A stretch of DNA of 64,000 nt from the NCBI GenBank assembly GCA_047601445.1, contig JASGJH010000001.1, forward strand, positions 6,144,001-6,208,000, given 5' to 3'. The position numbers and the translations under genes are program-made. The notes under the pieces are model-generated. The model was given only the letters and a program-made list of their open reading frames with translations. It was not told the DNA's origin and ran no database searches. Source of the DNA: Myxococcales bacterium. GTDB lineage: Bacteria > Myxococcota_A > Polyangia > Polyangiales > DASUME01. This document shows, in pieces, positions 49,560 through 61,151 of the stretch (position 1 is its first letter; each line of letters opens with the position of its first letter).

Positions 49560-50879
49560 ATGAGGACACCCATGGTTTCGTCGCGAATCTCTGGATTCTA
49601 CAAACTCCCGATCGAAGAGCGTCAGCGCATCGCCGCTGAGCGCCTCGACCTGACCGCTGTCGAGATCCAGTCCCTGGAGCGCGGCGGACTCGAGCGCGAC
49701 GTCGCCGACAAGATGATCGAGAACGTGGTGGGCGCCTTCACGCTGCCCTTCGCGCTCGGCCTCAACGCCCAGATGAACGGCAAGGACTTCCTGGTGCCCA
49801 TGGTGGTGGAGGAGCCCTCGGTGGTGGCCGCTGCCTCCAACGCCGCGCGCATCATCCGCTCCGGTGGCGGCTTCATGGCCGAGTCCGACGAGCCCATCAT
49901 GATCTCGCAGGTGCAGCTCGACGAAGTGCCCGACACCAAGGCCGCCTGTGCCCTCGTGCTCGAGTTCAAGGCCGAGCTGTTGGCGCGCGCGGACGCCTCG
50001 GTGCCCAACCTGGTGAAGCGCGGTGGCGGTGCCCGTGGCCTCGAGGTGCGCGACCTCGGCGACGGCATGATCGTGGTGCACTTCCTGATCGACTGCCGCG
50101 ACGCAATGGGTGCGAACCTGGTGAACACCGTGGCCGAGTCGGTGGCCGACCGCATCGCCGAGATCACCGGCGGCAAGGTGGGCCTGCGCATCCTCTCGAA
50201 CCTGTGCGACCAGCGCTGTGTGCGCGTGCGCTGCTCGATTCCGATCTCGGCCCTCAGCGAGGGCGACGCCGACGGTGCCTCCGTGCGCGATGGCATCGTG
50301 CGCGCTTCGCGCTTCGCCGAGGCCGACCCGTACCGTGCGACCACGCACAACAAGGGCATCATGAACGGCATCGATCCGGTCGTGATCGCCACCGGCAACG
50401 ACTGGCGCGCCGCCGAGTCGGGCGCCCACGCCTTCGCGGCTCGCAGCGGGCGCTACAAGCCGCTCTGCACCTGGCGCAAGGGCGAGAACGGCAACCTCGA
50501 GGGCTTCATGGAGATCCCGCTCGCGCTCGGCGTGGTGGGTGGCCCCTCGCGCATGCACAAGGGTGCCGCGCTCGGCCTCAAGATCAGCGGCGTGAGCTCG
50601 GCCCAGGAGCTGGCCATGCTGACGGCCTGCGTGGGCATGGCCTCGAACTTCGCGGCCCTCAAGGCGCTCGCCACGGATGGCATCCAGCGCGGCCACATGG
50701 GTTTGCACGCACGTCAGGTGGCGGTCGCCGCTGGTGCGATCGGTGACGAAGTCGAGCGTGTGGCCGAGGAGATCCACGCCGCAGGCCACGCCACCCTCGA
50801 CGCCGCCATGGCGGCCCTGGCGCGCCTGCGCCGCAACGCGCGCGTCCCGGCCGAAATCGAGCTCGCCCCCGGGGAGTGA
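49560..50879 (+). CDS. mvaA: Class II HMG-CoA reductase
   Basis: IENVVG, EEPSVVAA, DAMGAN, THNKGIMNG, TGNDWRA, GIQRGHM. Confidence 0.93.
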   Translation: MRTPMVSSRISGFYKLPIEERQRIAAERLDLTAVEIQSLERGGLERDVADKMIENVVGAFTLPFALGLNAQMNGKDFLVPMVVEEPSVVAAASNAARIIRSGGGFMAESDEPIMISQVQLDEVPDTKAACALVLEFKAELLARADASVPNLVKRGGGARGLEVRDLGDGMIVVHFLIDCRDAMGANLVNTVAESVADRIAEITGGKVGLRILSNLCDQRCVRVRCSIPISALSEGDADGASVRDGIVRASRFAEADPYRATTHNKGIMNGIDPVVIATGNDWRAAESGAHAFAARSGRYKPLCTWRKGENGNLEGFMEIPLALGVVGGPSRMHKGAALGLKISGVSSAQELAMLTACVGMASNFAALKALATDGIQRGHMGLHARQVAVAAGAIGDEVERVAEEIHAAGHATLDAAMAALARLRRNARVPAEIELAPGE

Positions 50880-50971
50880 GCTCCTTTTTCGGGACCTAGC
50901 GAGGGCCCGCGCTCGCCGTGGCCGGCTATGCTTGGCCGGTGAAGCGAGTTTCAGGTCCAGAACGCGTTTCG

Positions 50972-51850
50972 ATGTCCGACTTGATCGGTAACACCCCGCT
51001 CGTGTCGTTGAGCAGCGATGCCAACGCTCGCGTGCGCCTGCTCGGGAAGCTCGAGAGTCAGAACCCCGGCGGAAGTGTCAAAGATCGCCCGGCGCTGCGC
51101 ATGATCCGCGGCGCCGAGGAGCGCGGTCTGCTCGAGCCCGGGGTGCGTCTGGTGGAGGCTACCAGCGGCAACACGGGGATCGCTCTCGCGATGATCGCGG
51201 CCGCCCGTGGCTACCAGATCGAGCTGATCATGCCGGAGAGCTCCACCGCCGAGCGCGTGCAGCTCATGCGCGCCTACGGGGCCCACGTGATCCTCACGCC
51301 GGACGATACGGGCATGGAGGGAGCCATCGACCTCGCGCGTCAGAAGGTCGCCGAGGGTGGCTACGTGATGCTCGATCAGTTCAGCAACGACGACAACTGG
51401 CGCGCCCACTTCGAGACCACCGGGCCCGAGATCTGGGCGCAGACCCAGGGCGAGGTGCGGGCGTTCGTCTCGGCCATGGGCACTACCGGCACCATCATGG
51501 GGGTCGGGCGCTTCCTCAAGTCCAAGCAGGCAGGTGTTCGCATCGTGGGCTGTCATCCGGCGGACGGCGCGAGCATTCCGGGCATTCGGCGTTGGCCCGA
51601 GGAGTATCTGCCCAAGATTTACCAGCCGAGCGAGGTCGATGAGATTCTCGACATCGCGCAGGAGGCTGCCGAGAACGAGGCGCGCCGTCTGGCTCGCGAG
51701 CTCGGCGTGTTGGTGGGCGTGTCCTCCGGCGGTGCCGTGTGGGCTGCGCGACAGATCTGCGCACGCATGGAGCGCGCGGGCGAGTCGGGCTGCGTGGTCT
51801 GCATCTTGTGCGACCGTGGGGATCGCTACCTGTCGTCCAACCTGTTCTAG
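50972..51850 (+). CDS. cysM: Cysteine synthase B
   Basis: IGNTPL, NPGGSVKDR, TSGNTG, MGTTGT, IPGIRRWP, CDRGDRYLS. Confidence 0.9.
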   Translation: MSDLIGNTPLVSLSSDANARVRLLGKLESQNPGGSVKDRPALRMIRGAEERGLLEPGVRLVEATSGNTGIALAMIAAARGYQIELIMPESSTAERVQLMRAYGAHVILTPDDTGMEGAIDLARQKVAEGGYVMLDQFSNDDNWRAHFETTGPEIWAQTQGEVRAFVSAMGTTGTIMGVGRFLKSKQAGVRIVGCHPADGASIPGIRRWPEEYLPKIYQPSEVDEILDIAQEAAENEARRLARELGVLVGVSSGGAVWAARQICARMERAGESGCVVCILCDRGDRYLSSNLF

Positions 51851-51918
51851 TTCGGCGCAACCTCAAGCAGGCAGCGCGTCGAGACCTGCGGGTCCTCGAA
51901 AAAGAGAGAGAGAGCCTC

Positions 51919-52341
51919 ATGGCGGTCGGTACATTGAAGGTCAAGCTCGAGCGCATCGGGCCTGCGGCATTTCGCGCGCAGGCCGCCTCCGGCGGTGAGC
52001 TCATCGTGGATGGCGCGCCGGATATCGGCGGCGAAGGGCGCGGCATGCGTCCGATGGAGTTGCTCGTGAGCTCCATCGCCTCCTGCGCCTCCATGGACGT
52101 GGTGCACATCCTGCGCAAGCAGGGCGAGCTCCTGACCAACCTCGAGGTCTATACCGAGGCGCAGCGCAAGGACGCCACGCCGGCGCCCATCACCAACGTG
52201 CACCTGCGCTTCGTCGCCCACGGCGGCGTGAACGCCCACAAGCTCGAGCGCGCCGTGAAGCTCTCGGTCGAGAAGTACTGCTCGGTGATCGAATCACTCT
52301 CCAAGGACATCACCGTCACGCACGAGGCGCAGGCCGTGTGA
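51919..52341 (+). CDS. OsmC/YhfA family protein
   Basis: GMRPMEL..ASCASMDV, LSVEKYCSV. Confidence 0.88.
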   Translation: MAVGTLKVKLERIGPAAFRAQAASGGELIVDGAPDIGGEGRGMRPMELLVSSIASCASMDVVHILRKQGELLTNLEVYTEAQRKDATPAPITNVHLRFVAHGGVNAHKLERAVKLSVEKYCSVIESLSKDITVTHEAQAV

Positions 52342-52345
52342 TTTA

Positions 52346-52422
52346 CGGGGAGGTCACGCGACCTCCCCGCCCGTCGCGGCCAAGCCGCGCCGGGACCCAC
52401 CCCGCGAGGTCCGCTTCGCTCA
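52346..52422. repeat. REP-like palindromic intergenic repeat, copy 1
   Basis: CGGGGAGGTC-ACGC-GACCTCCCCG hairpin; first 33 bp identical to 62940-62972. Confidence 0.8.
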
Positions 52423-52554
52423 CGAGCGCGGGAGCACCCCGCAAGCGAGGGCTGCCGCTGAGCCCGGTGGTTGCGCGGCTTACCGGCACTCCGTTCAGGG
52501 CTTTCCCGTTTCGTGGAGCACTCCAGCGTGCGCATGAACTCGCGCGCACGCTGA

Positions 52555-53883
<1,329 letters not shown>

Positions 53884-54029
53884 CGCAGCGTGGCATGCGT
53901 CAAAGGCTGCGTAACTTCTCGCCACTTGGTCCCGACTCTGGGGAGGTGGCGGTCGTTGGCGGGACATTTTGTCAGCTCGACTGCCCGGTTTTTGCGGCAA
54001 TCCTCGCTGAATTTCGCTTATCCTGGTGG

Positions 54030-54045
54030 AGGCACACGTCTTGCT
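54030..54045 (+). promoter_or_regulatory. Putative sigma54 (-24/-12) promoter
   Basis: AGGCACACGTCTTGCT fits GGCAC-N5-TTGCW with exact GG-N10-GC spacing, about 90 bp upstream of ATG 54137. Confidence 0.6.
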
Positions 54046-54136
54046 GAAGTCCTGTTCTGACGCGCGCGGAATCAACGCGCTTTGACCTTTGCTCGTGCGC
54101 GGAAACCGCGCGCTTTGCCGGAGCCAGGAGAACGGA

Positions 54137-54493
54137 ATGAGCGAGTTTCAAATCACGTTCCGCGGTGTGCTGCCCGAGCCGAACCTGCGCGCGCTCGCCG
54201 AGGCGATGTACCAGAAGGTCAAAGGCCAGTACGGGCGTGCTTCCGGCTTCCATCTCGCCATCATCGAGCAGCCCTCGGCCTATGCGCGCTCGGTCGCCGT
54301 GTCCGCGCGCGTGCAGCTCCACGCGGGTCCGCACGGTGCCATCGCGGCCGCAGAGGCCTGGAACGAAAATCCGGTGGCCGCGGTGCGCGAGGCCTTCGCG
54401 CAGGCGTACACCGAGATGAACAACGTGTTGCCGAGCGCGTGCAGCTCGGCCAAGCGCGCCAACAAGTTGCTGCTCTTTCGCACGCGAGCCTGA
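54137..54493 (+). CDS. Divergent HPF/RaiA (S30AE)-like protein
   Basis: QITFRG N-terminus and AAVREAF helix; AGGAG RBS. Confidence 0.55.
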   Translation: MSEFQITFRGVLPEPNLRALAEAMYQKVKGQYGRASGFHLAIIEQPSAYARSVAVSARVQLHAGPHGAIAAAEAWNENPVAAVREAFAQAYTEMNNVLPSACSSAKRANKLLLFRTRA

Positions 54494-54637
54494 GCTCCCA
54501 GCGTGCCTTTCCATCCGTGTGTCGCCGTCGTCAGTGCTGCGTACTCGGCGTTCGTCGACGACGTGTCATGCGGGCCCTCGCGCGGCTTCCGCTCTGCAGC
54601 GTGCAGCGCGGAGCCGGCGAACATGGGTAGCTGACTC

Positions 54638-54847
54638 TTACTGGGTCGCCCCCTCCGTGCCCTCGGTGGGCTCCGTGCCTTCCTCCACCGTATCGGTCGC
54701 GGTATCGGTCGCGCTCTCGGCGGCCTGTTGCGCCTGGTCGCCGGCGGCCTCGGCTCCTTCCTGCGCTTGCTCTGCCTTCTTCTTGCAGCCCGCGAACACG
54801 AGGCTGCTCAAGGCCAGTACGACGACGATGCCCAACTTGCTTTGCAT
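54638..54847 (-). CDS. Small acidic lipoprotein
   Basis: LVFAGC lipobox; Ala/Glu/Thr-rich; GGGAG RBS. Confidence 0.75.
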   Translation of the reverse strand: MQSKLGIVVVLALSSLVFAGCKKKAEQAQEGAEAAGDQAQQAAESATDTATDTVEEGTEPTEGTEGATQ

Positions 54848-55209
54848 TGGATCGATCTCCCCTTGTGCGCTGCGAGCCGGTGCGCTTACTCCACTTCAAA
54901 TCGCTCCACGACGTGGGCCGGGCTCGACAGCGGTGCTCACACTCTAGCCCAAATGCTCCGCCATGCTGCTTGTCGCTACGTGTGCTCGACGGGCTGCCTC
55001 CGGCCTGTCCAAAACGGGAGAGGGTGCGTTCGACGATCACTCCGGGCCTGTCCTCCGTCCCCCGGTGAGACCGCTTACGGCCTGTAAGCAGCGCGCGGCT
55101 CCACGGGCGGTGCCGGGGCCTTGACCCTGACCAGGGAGTCCTCGCACGCCGATTCTTTTTTTGCGGGGCCCCCTTCCCAAAGCGCCCGGGCCGCGTGTTA
55201 ACGGAGGCG

Positions 55210-56934
55210 ATGCGAACTTTCTTCGGGATCTTGAGCCTGCTGGTGGGGGCCCTGTGTTGCCTGCCGCGGGCCCGGGCGGAGGGCCCCCTCCATACCTACG
55301 CGCTGGTGGTCGGCAGTAACCGCGGGGGGGCCGGGCAGGCCCACCTCAGCTTTGCCGAGCATGACGCCGAGCGCATGGCCGAAGTGCTGGTGGAGCTCGG
55401 TCGGACGCCCACCGAGCACGTCCAGCTGCTCAAGCAGCCCAGCGCGCGCGAGCTGGAGCAAGCGCTGGTGGAGCTCGCCAAGCGCGTCCAGGATCACGCT
55501 GGGCAGGGCGAGCGCTCGCAAGTGCTGTTCTACTACTCGGGTCACGCGCGCGCGCGCTCGCTGAGTCTGGATCAGGAAGAGGTCGCCCTCGACACCCTGC
55601 GCAAGGCACTGACGGCGTTGCCGAGCACGTTGACCGTGGTGGTGCTCGATGCCTGCCAAAGCGGAGCCTTCTCGGGCGTGAAGGGCGCGGCGCCTGCGGC
55701 CGATTTCTCATTGAGCTCCGTGAACGACCTGCACAGCCAGGGCATCGCGGTAATGGCCTCCAGCACCGCGGCCGAGTTGAGTCAGGAATCTCCCGAGCTC
55801 GGCTCGAGCTACTTCAGCCACCATCTGGTGGCCGCCCTGCGCGGGGCGGGGGACGGCAACGGCGACGGTCGTGTGTCGCTCGACGAGGCCTATGGCTACG
55901 CGTACCAGCACACGCTTTCGGATACGGCGCGCACGCAGGTCGGCACGCAGCACGCCACGCTCGAGACCGACATTCGCGGCCGCGGTGACGTGCCGCTGAG
56001 CTATCCGGTGGACGCAGACGCACAACTGTCCTTGCCAGCCGAGCTGGAGGGCCGCGTGATGGTCCAGAAGGAAAACCGCGGCGTGGTGATCGCGGAGATC
56101 GTGAAGGCCGCGGGGTCTCCTCTGTCGCTGGCCCTGCCCGCGGGCAAGTACGACGTCGTGGTGCGCAAGGCCAGCGGGCGGGACACGCGGCAATGCTCCG
56201 TGACGCTCGCGCGGGGCGCCACGTACGCGCTCGATCCACGGCAATGCGCCGTGGTGGCGGAGACGGTCGGGGTAGCCAAGGCTGCGGGGACCGACGATTT
56301 CCAGACCTGGGAGGCGCAACGCGAAGCCGAACGCAAGAACTACTACGAGCACTGGTTCTTCGAGGTCGGTGGCGGACTCAACTCCAAGCAGGACGATGAC
56401 TACACGCGCACGCTGGGGCAGTTCCGCTTCGCGGAGGACCTCGGCCAGGCGCGCGTACTCGGCCTCGACACCTCGGCGGGCGTAGGGCTCACGCGGCACC
56501 TGAGCTTGCTTGCGCACTACGACAACAAGATCGAGCGACGCGTCTACACGCGGTCATTGCAGGGGCCGGACAGCGAGTCGCGCGACGAACGCTTCTCCTG
56601 GACCACGCGCGCGGTCTCCCTCGGTCTGCGCGCACGCCTGGCGCTCTCGAAGAAGGAATGGGTGGTGGGCTTTGCGGAGGGCGACGTGGGACTCGGCATC
56701 GCGCGCACCCGGATGGTCGGCACCGGCGTGCACTCCTTCGATCACGACTTCGGTCTGGTGCTGAGGGGCTTGCTCGGCCTGACCTTCGGCGTCGCCGAGT
56801 ACTTCGGCGTGTACTTGGCGGGCGGCTACACGTACGCGCCCGTCACCAGCAACTTGATCGGTCAAACCCACAACGACGGTGGAGTCACCATCGTTACGGG
56901 TGTGCGTGTTCGCGGCATGAAGGGAGCCTGGTGA
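55210..56934 (+). CDS. Exported caspase-family (C14) peptidase with C-terminal beta-barrel-like domain
   Basis: Signal peptide; ALVVGSN, FYYSGH, VLDACQSG dyad; alternating beta strands ending in Trp. Confidence 0.85.
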   Translation: MRTFFGILSLLVGALCCLPRARAEGPLHTYALVVGSNRGGAGQAHLSFAEHDAERMAEVLVELGRTPTEHVQLLKQPSARELEQALVELAKRVQDHAGQGERSQVLFYYSGHARARSLSLDQEEVALDTLRKALTALPSTLTVVVLDACQSGAFSGVKGAAPAADFSLSSVNDLHSQGIAVMASSTAAELSQESPELGSSYFSHHLVAALRGAGDGNGDGRVSLDEAYGYAYQHTLSDTARTQVGTQHATLETDIRGRGDVPLSYPVDADAQLSLPAELEGRVMVQKENRGVVIAEIVKAAGSPLSLALPAGKYDVVVRKASGRDTRQCSVTLARGATYALDPRQCAVVAETVGVAKAAGTDDFQTWEAQREAERKNYYEHWFFEVGGGLNSKQDDDYTRTLGQFRFAEDLGQARVLGLDTSAGVGLTRHLSLLAHYDNKIERRVYTRSLQGPDSESRDERFSWTTRAVSLGLRARLALSKKEWVVGFAEGDVGLGIARTRMVGTGVHSFDHDFGLVLRGLLGLTFGVAEYFGVYLAGGYTYAPVTSNLIGQTHNDGGVTIVTGVRVRGMKGAW

Positions 56935-58419
56935 TGCGCTCGCGCTTGCTTTTCGGTGTCTTGGGGTTCGCGGTGCTGGGCACGAGCTTCGTGGCTTGCG
57001 ACGACGACAACCTCGTCAACAACCCCTCCTTCGACCTGTGGTGCGGCAACTCGCTGTGCAGCTGGCACACCGATTCGGGTGCCATCGAGCGCGTGGCCAC
57101 CTGGCACAAGAAGGACTACGGCGTCTCCTTCGAGGAGCAGAACACGCAGAATCTCGCAGGTGTCCGAGGTGGACCCCGTGAAGTGCATGCGCTTCGACTT
57201 GATCGCCGATGCGGAGCCCGAGGCGCAGCTCTCGCTGGTGCTGGACTTCAACGACGATGGTTACGAGGAGTTCGATCAGCTGATCCCGGACGTGCGCTGG
57301 AAGAGCCTGCAATTCGTGGTGCGGCCGCCCACGGACTACCGCAGCCTGCGCTACATCCTGCGTAAGAAGGGCAGCGGACGCGCGGTGATCGCGCAGCTGC
57401 GCGTGGTGGAGGAGACCGAGGGCTGCGACGGACCTGCGTTGATGATCGCGGCTGGTGGCGCCTGCACGACGGACCTCTCGTGCGCCAGCGGACTGTGCGC
57501 CGACTTCATCTGCAGCACATGCGCGATCCCGCCCGAAGGGGGGCCAGCCGTCGCCTCGCAGTGCATCGATGGCAGTGCGTGTCGCGAGGACAGCGGGTGC
57601 CAGAGCGGTGCCTGCGTGGGCCGAGTTTGCCAGGGTTGCGCGCTCGACGGCAGCTGCCGGGAGCTCTCTCCCTGCGACGATGCCAGCCAGTGCGCGAGCA
57701 AGGCTTGCGTTCCACGGCTTACGTTCTCAGGCGTGGTGGAAGCTACGTCGTGCTTGCACTGCAACTCGAACGAGGACTGTGGTGGACCCAGCGCCCTCTG
57801 CACCGACGGCGTGTGTGAGGTGTGCCTGCTCGACCCGTTCCCCAAGCAATGCGCCGAATGCACCGACGATGCTCAGTGTTCGTCCGGCGTGTGCGAGGCA
57901 GGTCTCTGCGTGGACTGTCGTTCGGATGAACAGTGCGGCCCCGGCCAGTTTTGCCGCTACGTCAATCCCTTCGACGCCAACCTCCGCCGCTGTTCCGGCG
58001 GGTTCGCGACGAACCTTCCACGGGGAGCCCTGTGCGACACCGACTCTCAGTGCGCCGGTGGGCTCGCTTGTGGCGCTGGAGCCGGCGAGCCCAAACGCTG
58101 CGGTGTGGCCTGCGAGGTCGACCCCAACGTGTGCGCTGCGGGTACCATCTGCACGAGACCGGCTTTCTCCGAGATTCAGGGGATCATCTGGTATCCGCAG
58201 CGCCGACTGGTGGCCCCTTATGCAGACGTCGCTTCGAACATCGCCACCTGCCATCACGTGATCACCGACGCCGAGGCCGCGCAGCTTCCCTGCAGCCTGC
58301 ATGCGGAGTGCGCGAGCGGTGTGTGCTGCGACGGCCACTGCGCCAATCCCGACGACCATCAGAAGAACCTGCGCACGGGTGGCTGCACCTATTCGCCGGA
58401 CCAAGACGATTCGGAGTAA
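56934..58419 (+). CDS. Cys-rich lipoprotein; one-base insertion near 57150
   Basis: TGATG coupling; FVAC lipobox, NPSFDLWCG; CAG[A]ATC joins it to the 56956-58419 frame with many CxxDxxCxSGxC repeats. Confidence 0.75.
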
Positions 58420-58433
58420 CCTGTGCAGGCCCC

Positions 58434-58907
58434 GTGGAAAGCTATCGACGTTACGGTCCCGCGCTGCTGCGCAAAGCACGCCGCCTGCTGCGCAACGAGG
58501 AAGACGCTCGCGACGCGCTGCAGGGGTTGTTCGTCGACTTTCTCGCGCGCGGAGAGGAGCCGCGTGAGCTCCCCTATTTGTACCGGGCCATCACCCATCG
58601 CTGCCTCAACCTGCTGCGTGACGACCGCAATCGGGCGCGCCTGCTCGAGCGAGAGAGCCCTGTCTTGGCCGGCGCGGCGCAGCTCGCCCCGGACACGGTC
58701 TCGCTCGGGCTCGACGCGTTGCTCAAGCTGCAGCGCTGCGTGGACGAGACCGTGATGGAAACCGTGGTCTACCGCTTCGTGGACGAGATGGGCCTCGAAG
58801 AGATCGCCGAGGTGATGCAGGTCAGCCGCAAGACCGTGCAGAACCGGCTCGCGCGCGCCCAACAGGAGCTTGCGCTCTTGCTCGGCAACACCGGGGGGCA
58901 GACATGA
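58434..58907 (+). CDS. ECF RNA polymerase sigma factor
   Basis: Region 2 ARRLLRNEEDARDALQ..YLYRAITHRCLN; region 4 EEIAEVMQVSRKTVQNRL; start uncertain. Confidence 0.85.
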   Translation: MESYRRYGPALLRKARRLLRNEEDARDALQGLFVDFLARGEEPRELPYLYRAITHRCLNLLRDDRNRARLLERESPVLAGAAQLAPDTVSLGLDALLKLQRCVDETVMETVVYRFVDEMGLEEIAEVMQVSRKTVQNRLARAQQELALLLGNTGGQT

Positions 58908-59564
58908 GCCTGTCGGAGCGACGCACTCTCTCGTGGTTCACGCTGGAGCGCTACGCCCTGGGCGAGCTCAGCGAAGCCGAGCGCAATGAAGTGGAGGCGG
59001 AGCTGCAGGGCTCGGCGTTCAACCGACGTCGGCTCGAACAGAATCCTGGCGGACCGCAGTGAGTTGCCCGACCTGCCCACCAACGTGGCTCCTCTCAGGC
59101 CGCAACGGGCACGCAGCGCAGCGCGTTGGTTGGGGGTGGGCGCCACCCTCGCGGCTGCGGCCGTCGCGCTGCTGGTGGTGCTGCGGGACCCGTCGACCCG
59201 CCAGGACGAGCAGGGGGGCAATCACGTGAAGGGCGGCGAGCTGTCCTTCGAGCTGGTGAGCGAGCGGGGGCACCACGATCCCACGCGCTTCGCTCAGCAC
59301 GAGCGCTTCAAGGTCCTCGTGACCTGCCCGCCTGACTTCGCGGAGCGCCTGCACTTGCTGGTGTTCCAGGGGGGGCAGCGCTACGAGCCGCTGGCGCCGA
59401 TCCAGCTCGCGTGCGGCAACCAGGTGCCCTGGTCTGGTGCATTCGCACTCGACGGGGACCAACCCGCGGAAGTGTGCGTGGCGTGGGGCGCGCGGGCCGC
59501 TCGGGCTCAACGTGCCGGGGACCTGTCGGACGACGCGGTGTGCAGCATGCTCGCGCCTGACTGA
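58904..59564 (+). CDS. Putative membrane anti-sigma factor; one-base insertion near 59042
   Basis: ATGA overlap; SWFTLERYALGEL N-terminus; CAG[A]ATC joins it to the TM segment, VKGG and a periplasmic domain. Confidence 0.7.
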
Positions 59565-59666
59565 CTGACCCCATTAATACTAGGGGATCTGGCGAAAAAT
59601 CAATAGCTAGCGAGGACCCGCCCAAATCCAGAGGATGCTCCTTTTGTCGACGAAAAGGAGTCCACC

Positions 59667-60962
59667 ATGGCCGTCATCCGTCGCGACGCGTCGCGTTCCA
59701 GGTCACGCGCGCTGCGCTACCGTCCGGCTTCGTCCGGCCAGCTCTTGCGCCACATCCTGGAGCACCCGAGCCTCACGGCTGCCGTGCGCGAGCTGCCAGG
59801 TCCCGCGCTGGCCAACCTGATCGCTCGCGTGGGTCTGGAGGACGCGGGAGAGATCGTGGCAATGGCGAGCGACGAGCAGCTCGCGAGCGTGTTCGACGAA
59901 GATCTGTGGCGCGCGGATGCGCCGGGCGCGGACGAGCGATTTCGACCCGCGCGGTTTGCGCTCTGGCTCGAGGTCCTCTCGGAGGCTGGCGATGAGTTCG
60001 TGGCGCGCAGGCTGGCGGGGCTGCCACGCGAGCTGCTGATCTTGGCGATCCATCGGTTGGTGCTGGTGCTCGACATGGATGGCTTGGCCGAGGAGCTCTG
60101 CGAGGCAGAAGAAGACGACGCGGTCGCCACGGAGAAGGCGCTGGAATGCGGGCTGTACGAGGAGTGGGAAGGGTTCCGCTTGATCGCGCGCGACGCGCGC
60201 GTGTGGGACGTGTTGTGGTCGGCCCTGTTGAGCCTCGACCGTGATCATCACGAACTCTTGCGAGAAGTGCTCGAGCGCTGTGCCGCCATGGACCAGGAGT
60301 ACGTCGAGGACAACGGTGGTCTCTACGATGTACTTACCTCGGAGGAGATGCTCGAGGCTGACGTCTCGGGGGAGCGCGCCGATCGCCGTGCGGAGCACGG
60401 CTTCGTGTCGCCAGCCGATGCGCGAGCGTTCCTGGCGTTGGCACGCAGCGGGCGGGAGCTCGAGCAGCGCGATGCCGTCACACAGGCCTACTTTCGTGGC
60501 CTCTCACGCGCACCGCGCGCGGAGCTGCAGCGTCCGGTGCAAGAGCGCGCTAGCCCCGCCGTCACGGAGCTCTTGCGGCTCGTGGGCCCCAGCGAAGCGT
60601 CCCCTGCACATCCGCTGCTCCCCACGCGGGGAACGAGAACGGAAGAGTCGACGGAGCCGTCCTTGTTTCGGGCGGCGCTGTTGGAGCTCGGGCGAACGCA
60701 GCCACAGCTCGGCGCAGAGCGCCTCGAGGAGCTCGCCTACTTGGCCAACGTGCTTTGGGTAGGAAGCGCGCACACGGGACGTCAGCCGCGGCCCATTGAA
60801 GCCCTCGAACGGGCCATGGAGACGTGCGACGCGGGCTTGCGCAGCGCCCTCGAAAGCGCGGGCGTCGCGAGTGATGAGCAGCCTGCGTTGCTCGACGCGG
60901 CGGTGGCCACGCTGGCGCGCACGCACGCCGATCAGCTCTTTCGAATGGGCGCGCGCGACTAG
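59667..60962 (+). CDS. DUF6178-like hypothetical protein
   Basis: VGLEDAGE, FDEDLW, RFALWLE, EELAYLAN; AAGGAG RBS. Confidence 0.65.
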   Translation: MAVIRRDASRSRSRALRYRPASSGQLLRHILEHPSLTAAVRELPGPALANLIARVGLEDAGEIVAMASDEQLASVFDEDLWRADAPGADERFRPARFALWLEVLSEAGDEFVARRLAGLPRELLILAIHRLVLVLDMDGLAEELCEAEEDDAVATEKALECGLYEEWEGFRLIARDARVWDVLWSALLSLDRDHHELLREVLERCAAMDQEYVEDNGGLYDVLTSEEMLEADVSGERADRRAEHGFVSPADARAFLALARSGRELEQRDAVTQAYFRGLSRAPRAELQRPVQERASPAVTELLRLVGPSEASPAHPLLPTRGTRTEESTEPSLFRAALLELGRTQPQLGAERLEELAYLANVLWVGSAHTGRQPRPIEALERAMETCDAGLRSALESAGVASDEQPALLDAAVATLARTHADQLFRMGARD

Positions 60963-61151
60963 CCAAGGCGCGCGGCAATCGAGCTTGCAGGTTCCCTTGT
61001 CTCGCGGTGAGATGCCTTGCCTTGGAGACCTCGCCGTTCCCAAACGGCTGTCAGTTCTGGGCATGACGACGACGACCTTCACGCCAGAAAATCGAGGGGC
61101 GGGGCCTCAATCCGCGCGGGGAATGCAGAGCTCACGGGTAAACTCCGCTAC

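Noticed and set aside
48777..50789. Long antisense or alternate-frame ORFs (for example 670 aa here, 3175-4572, 18373-19575, 26979-28229)
   Set aside because: Shadow ORFs expected at high GC3; they overlap well-supported genes and show no recognisable motifs
51903..51914. (AG)6 tract as a phase-variation switch
   Set aside because: Short, non-coding and overlapping the purine-rich RBS region of the OsmC gene; nothing else supports it
55155..55200. T-tract and TTCCC...GTGTT as a terminator or ECF promoter for the caspase operon
   Set aside because: No convincing stem precedes the T-run, and I cannot match the element to a defined ECF consensus from sequence alone
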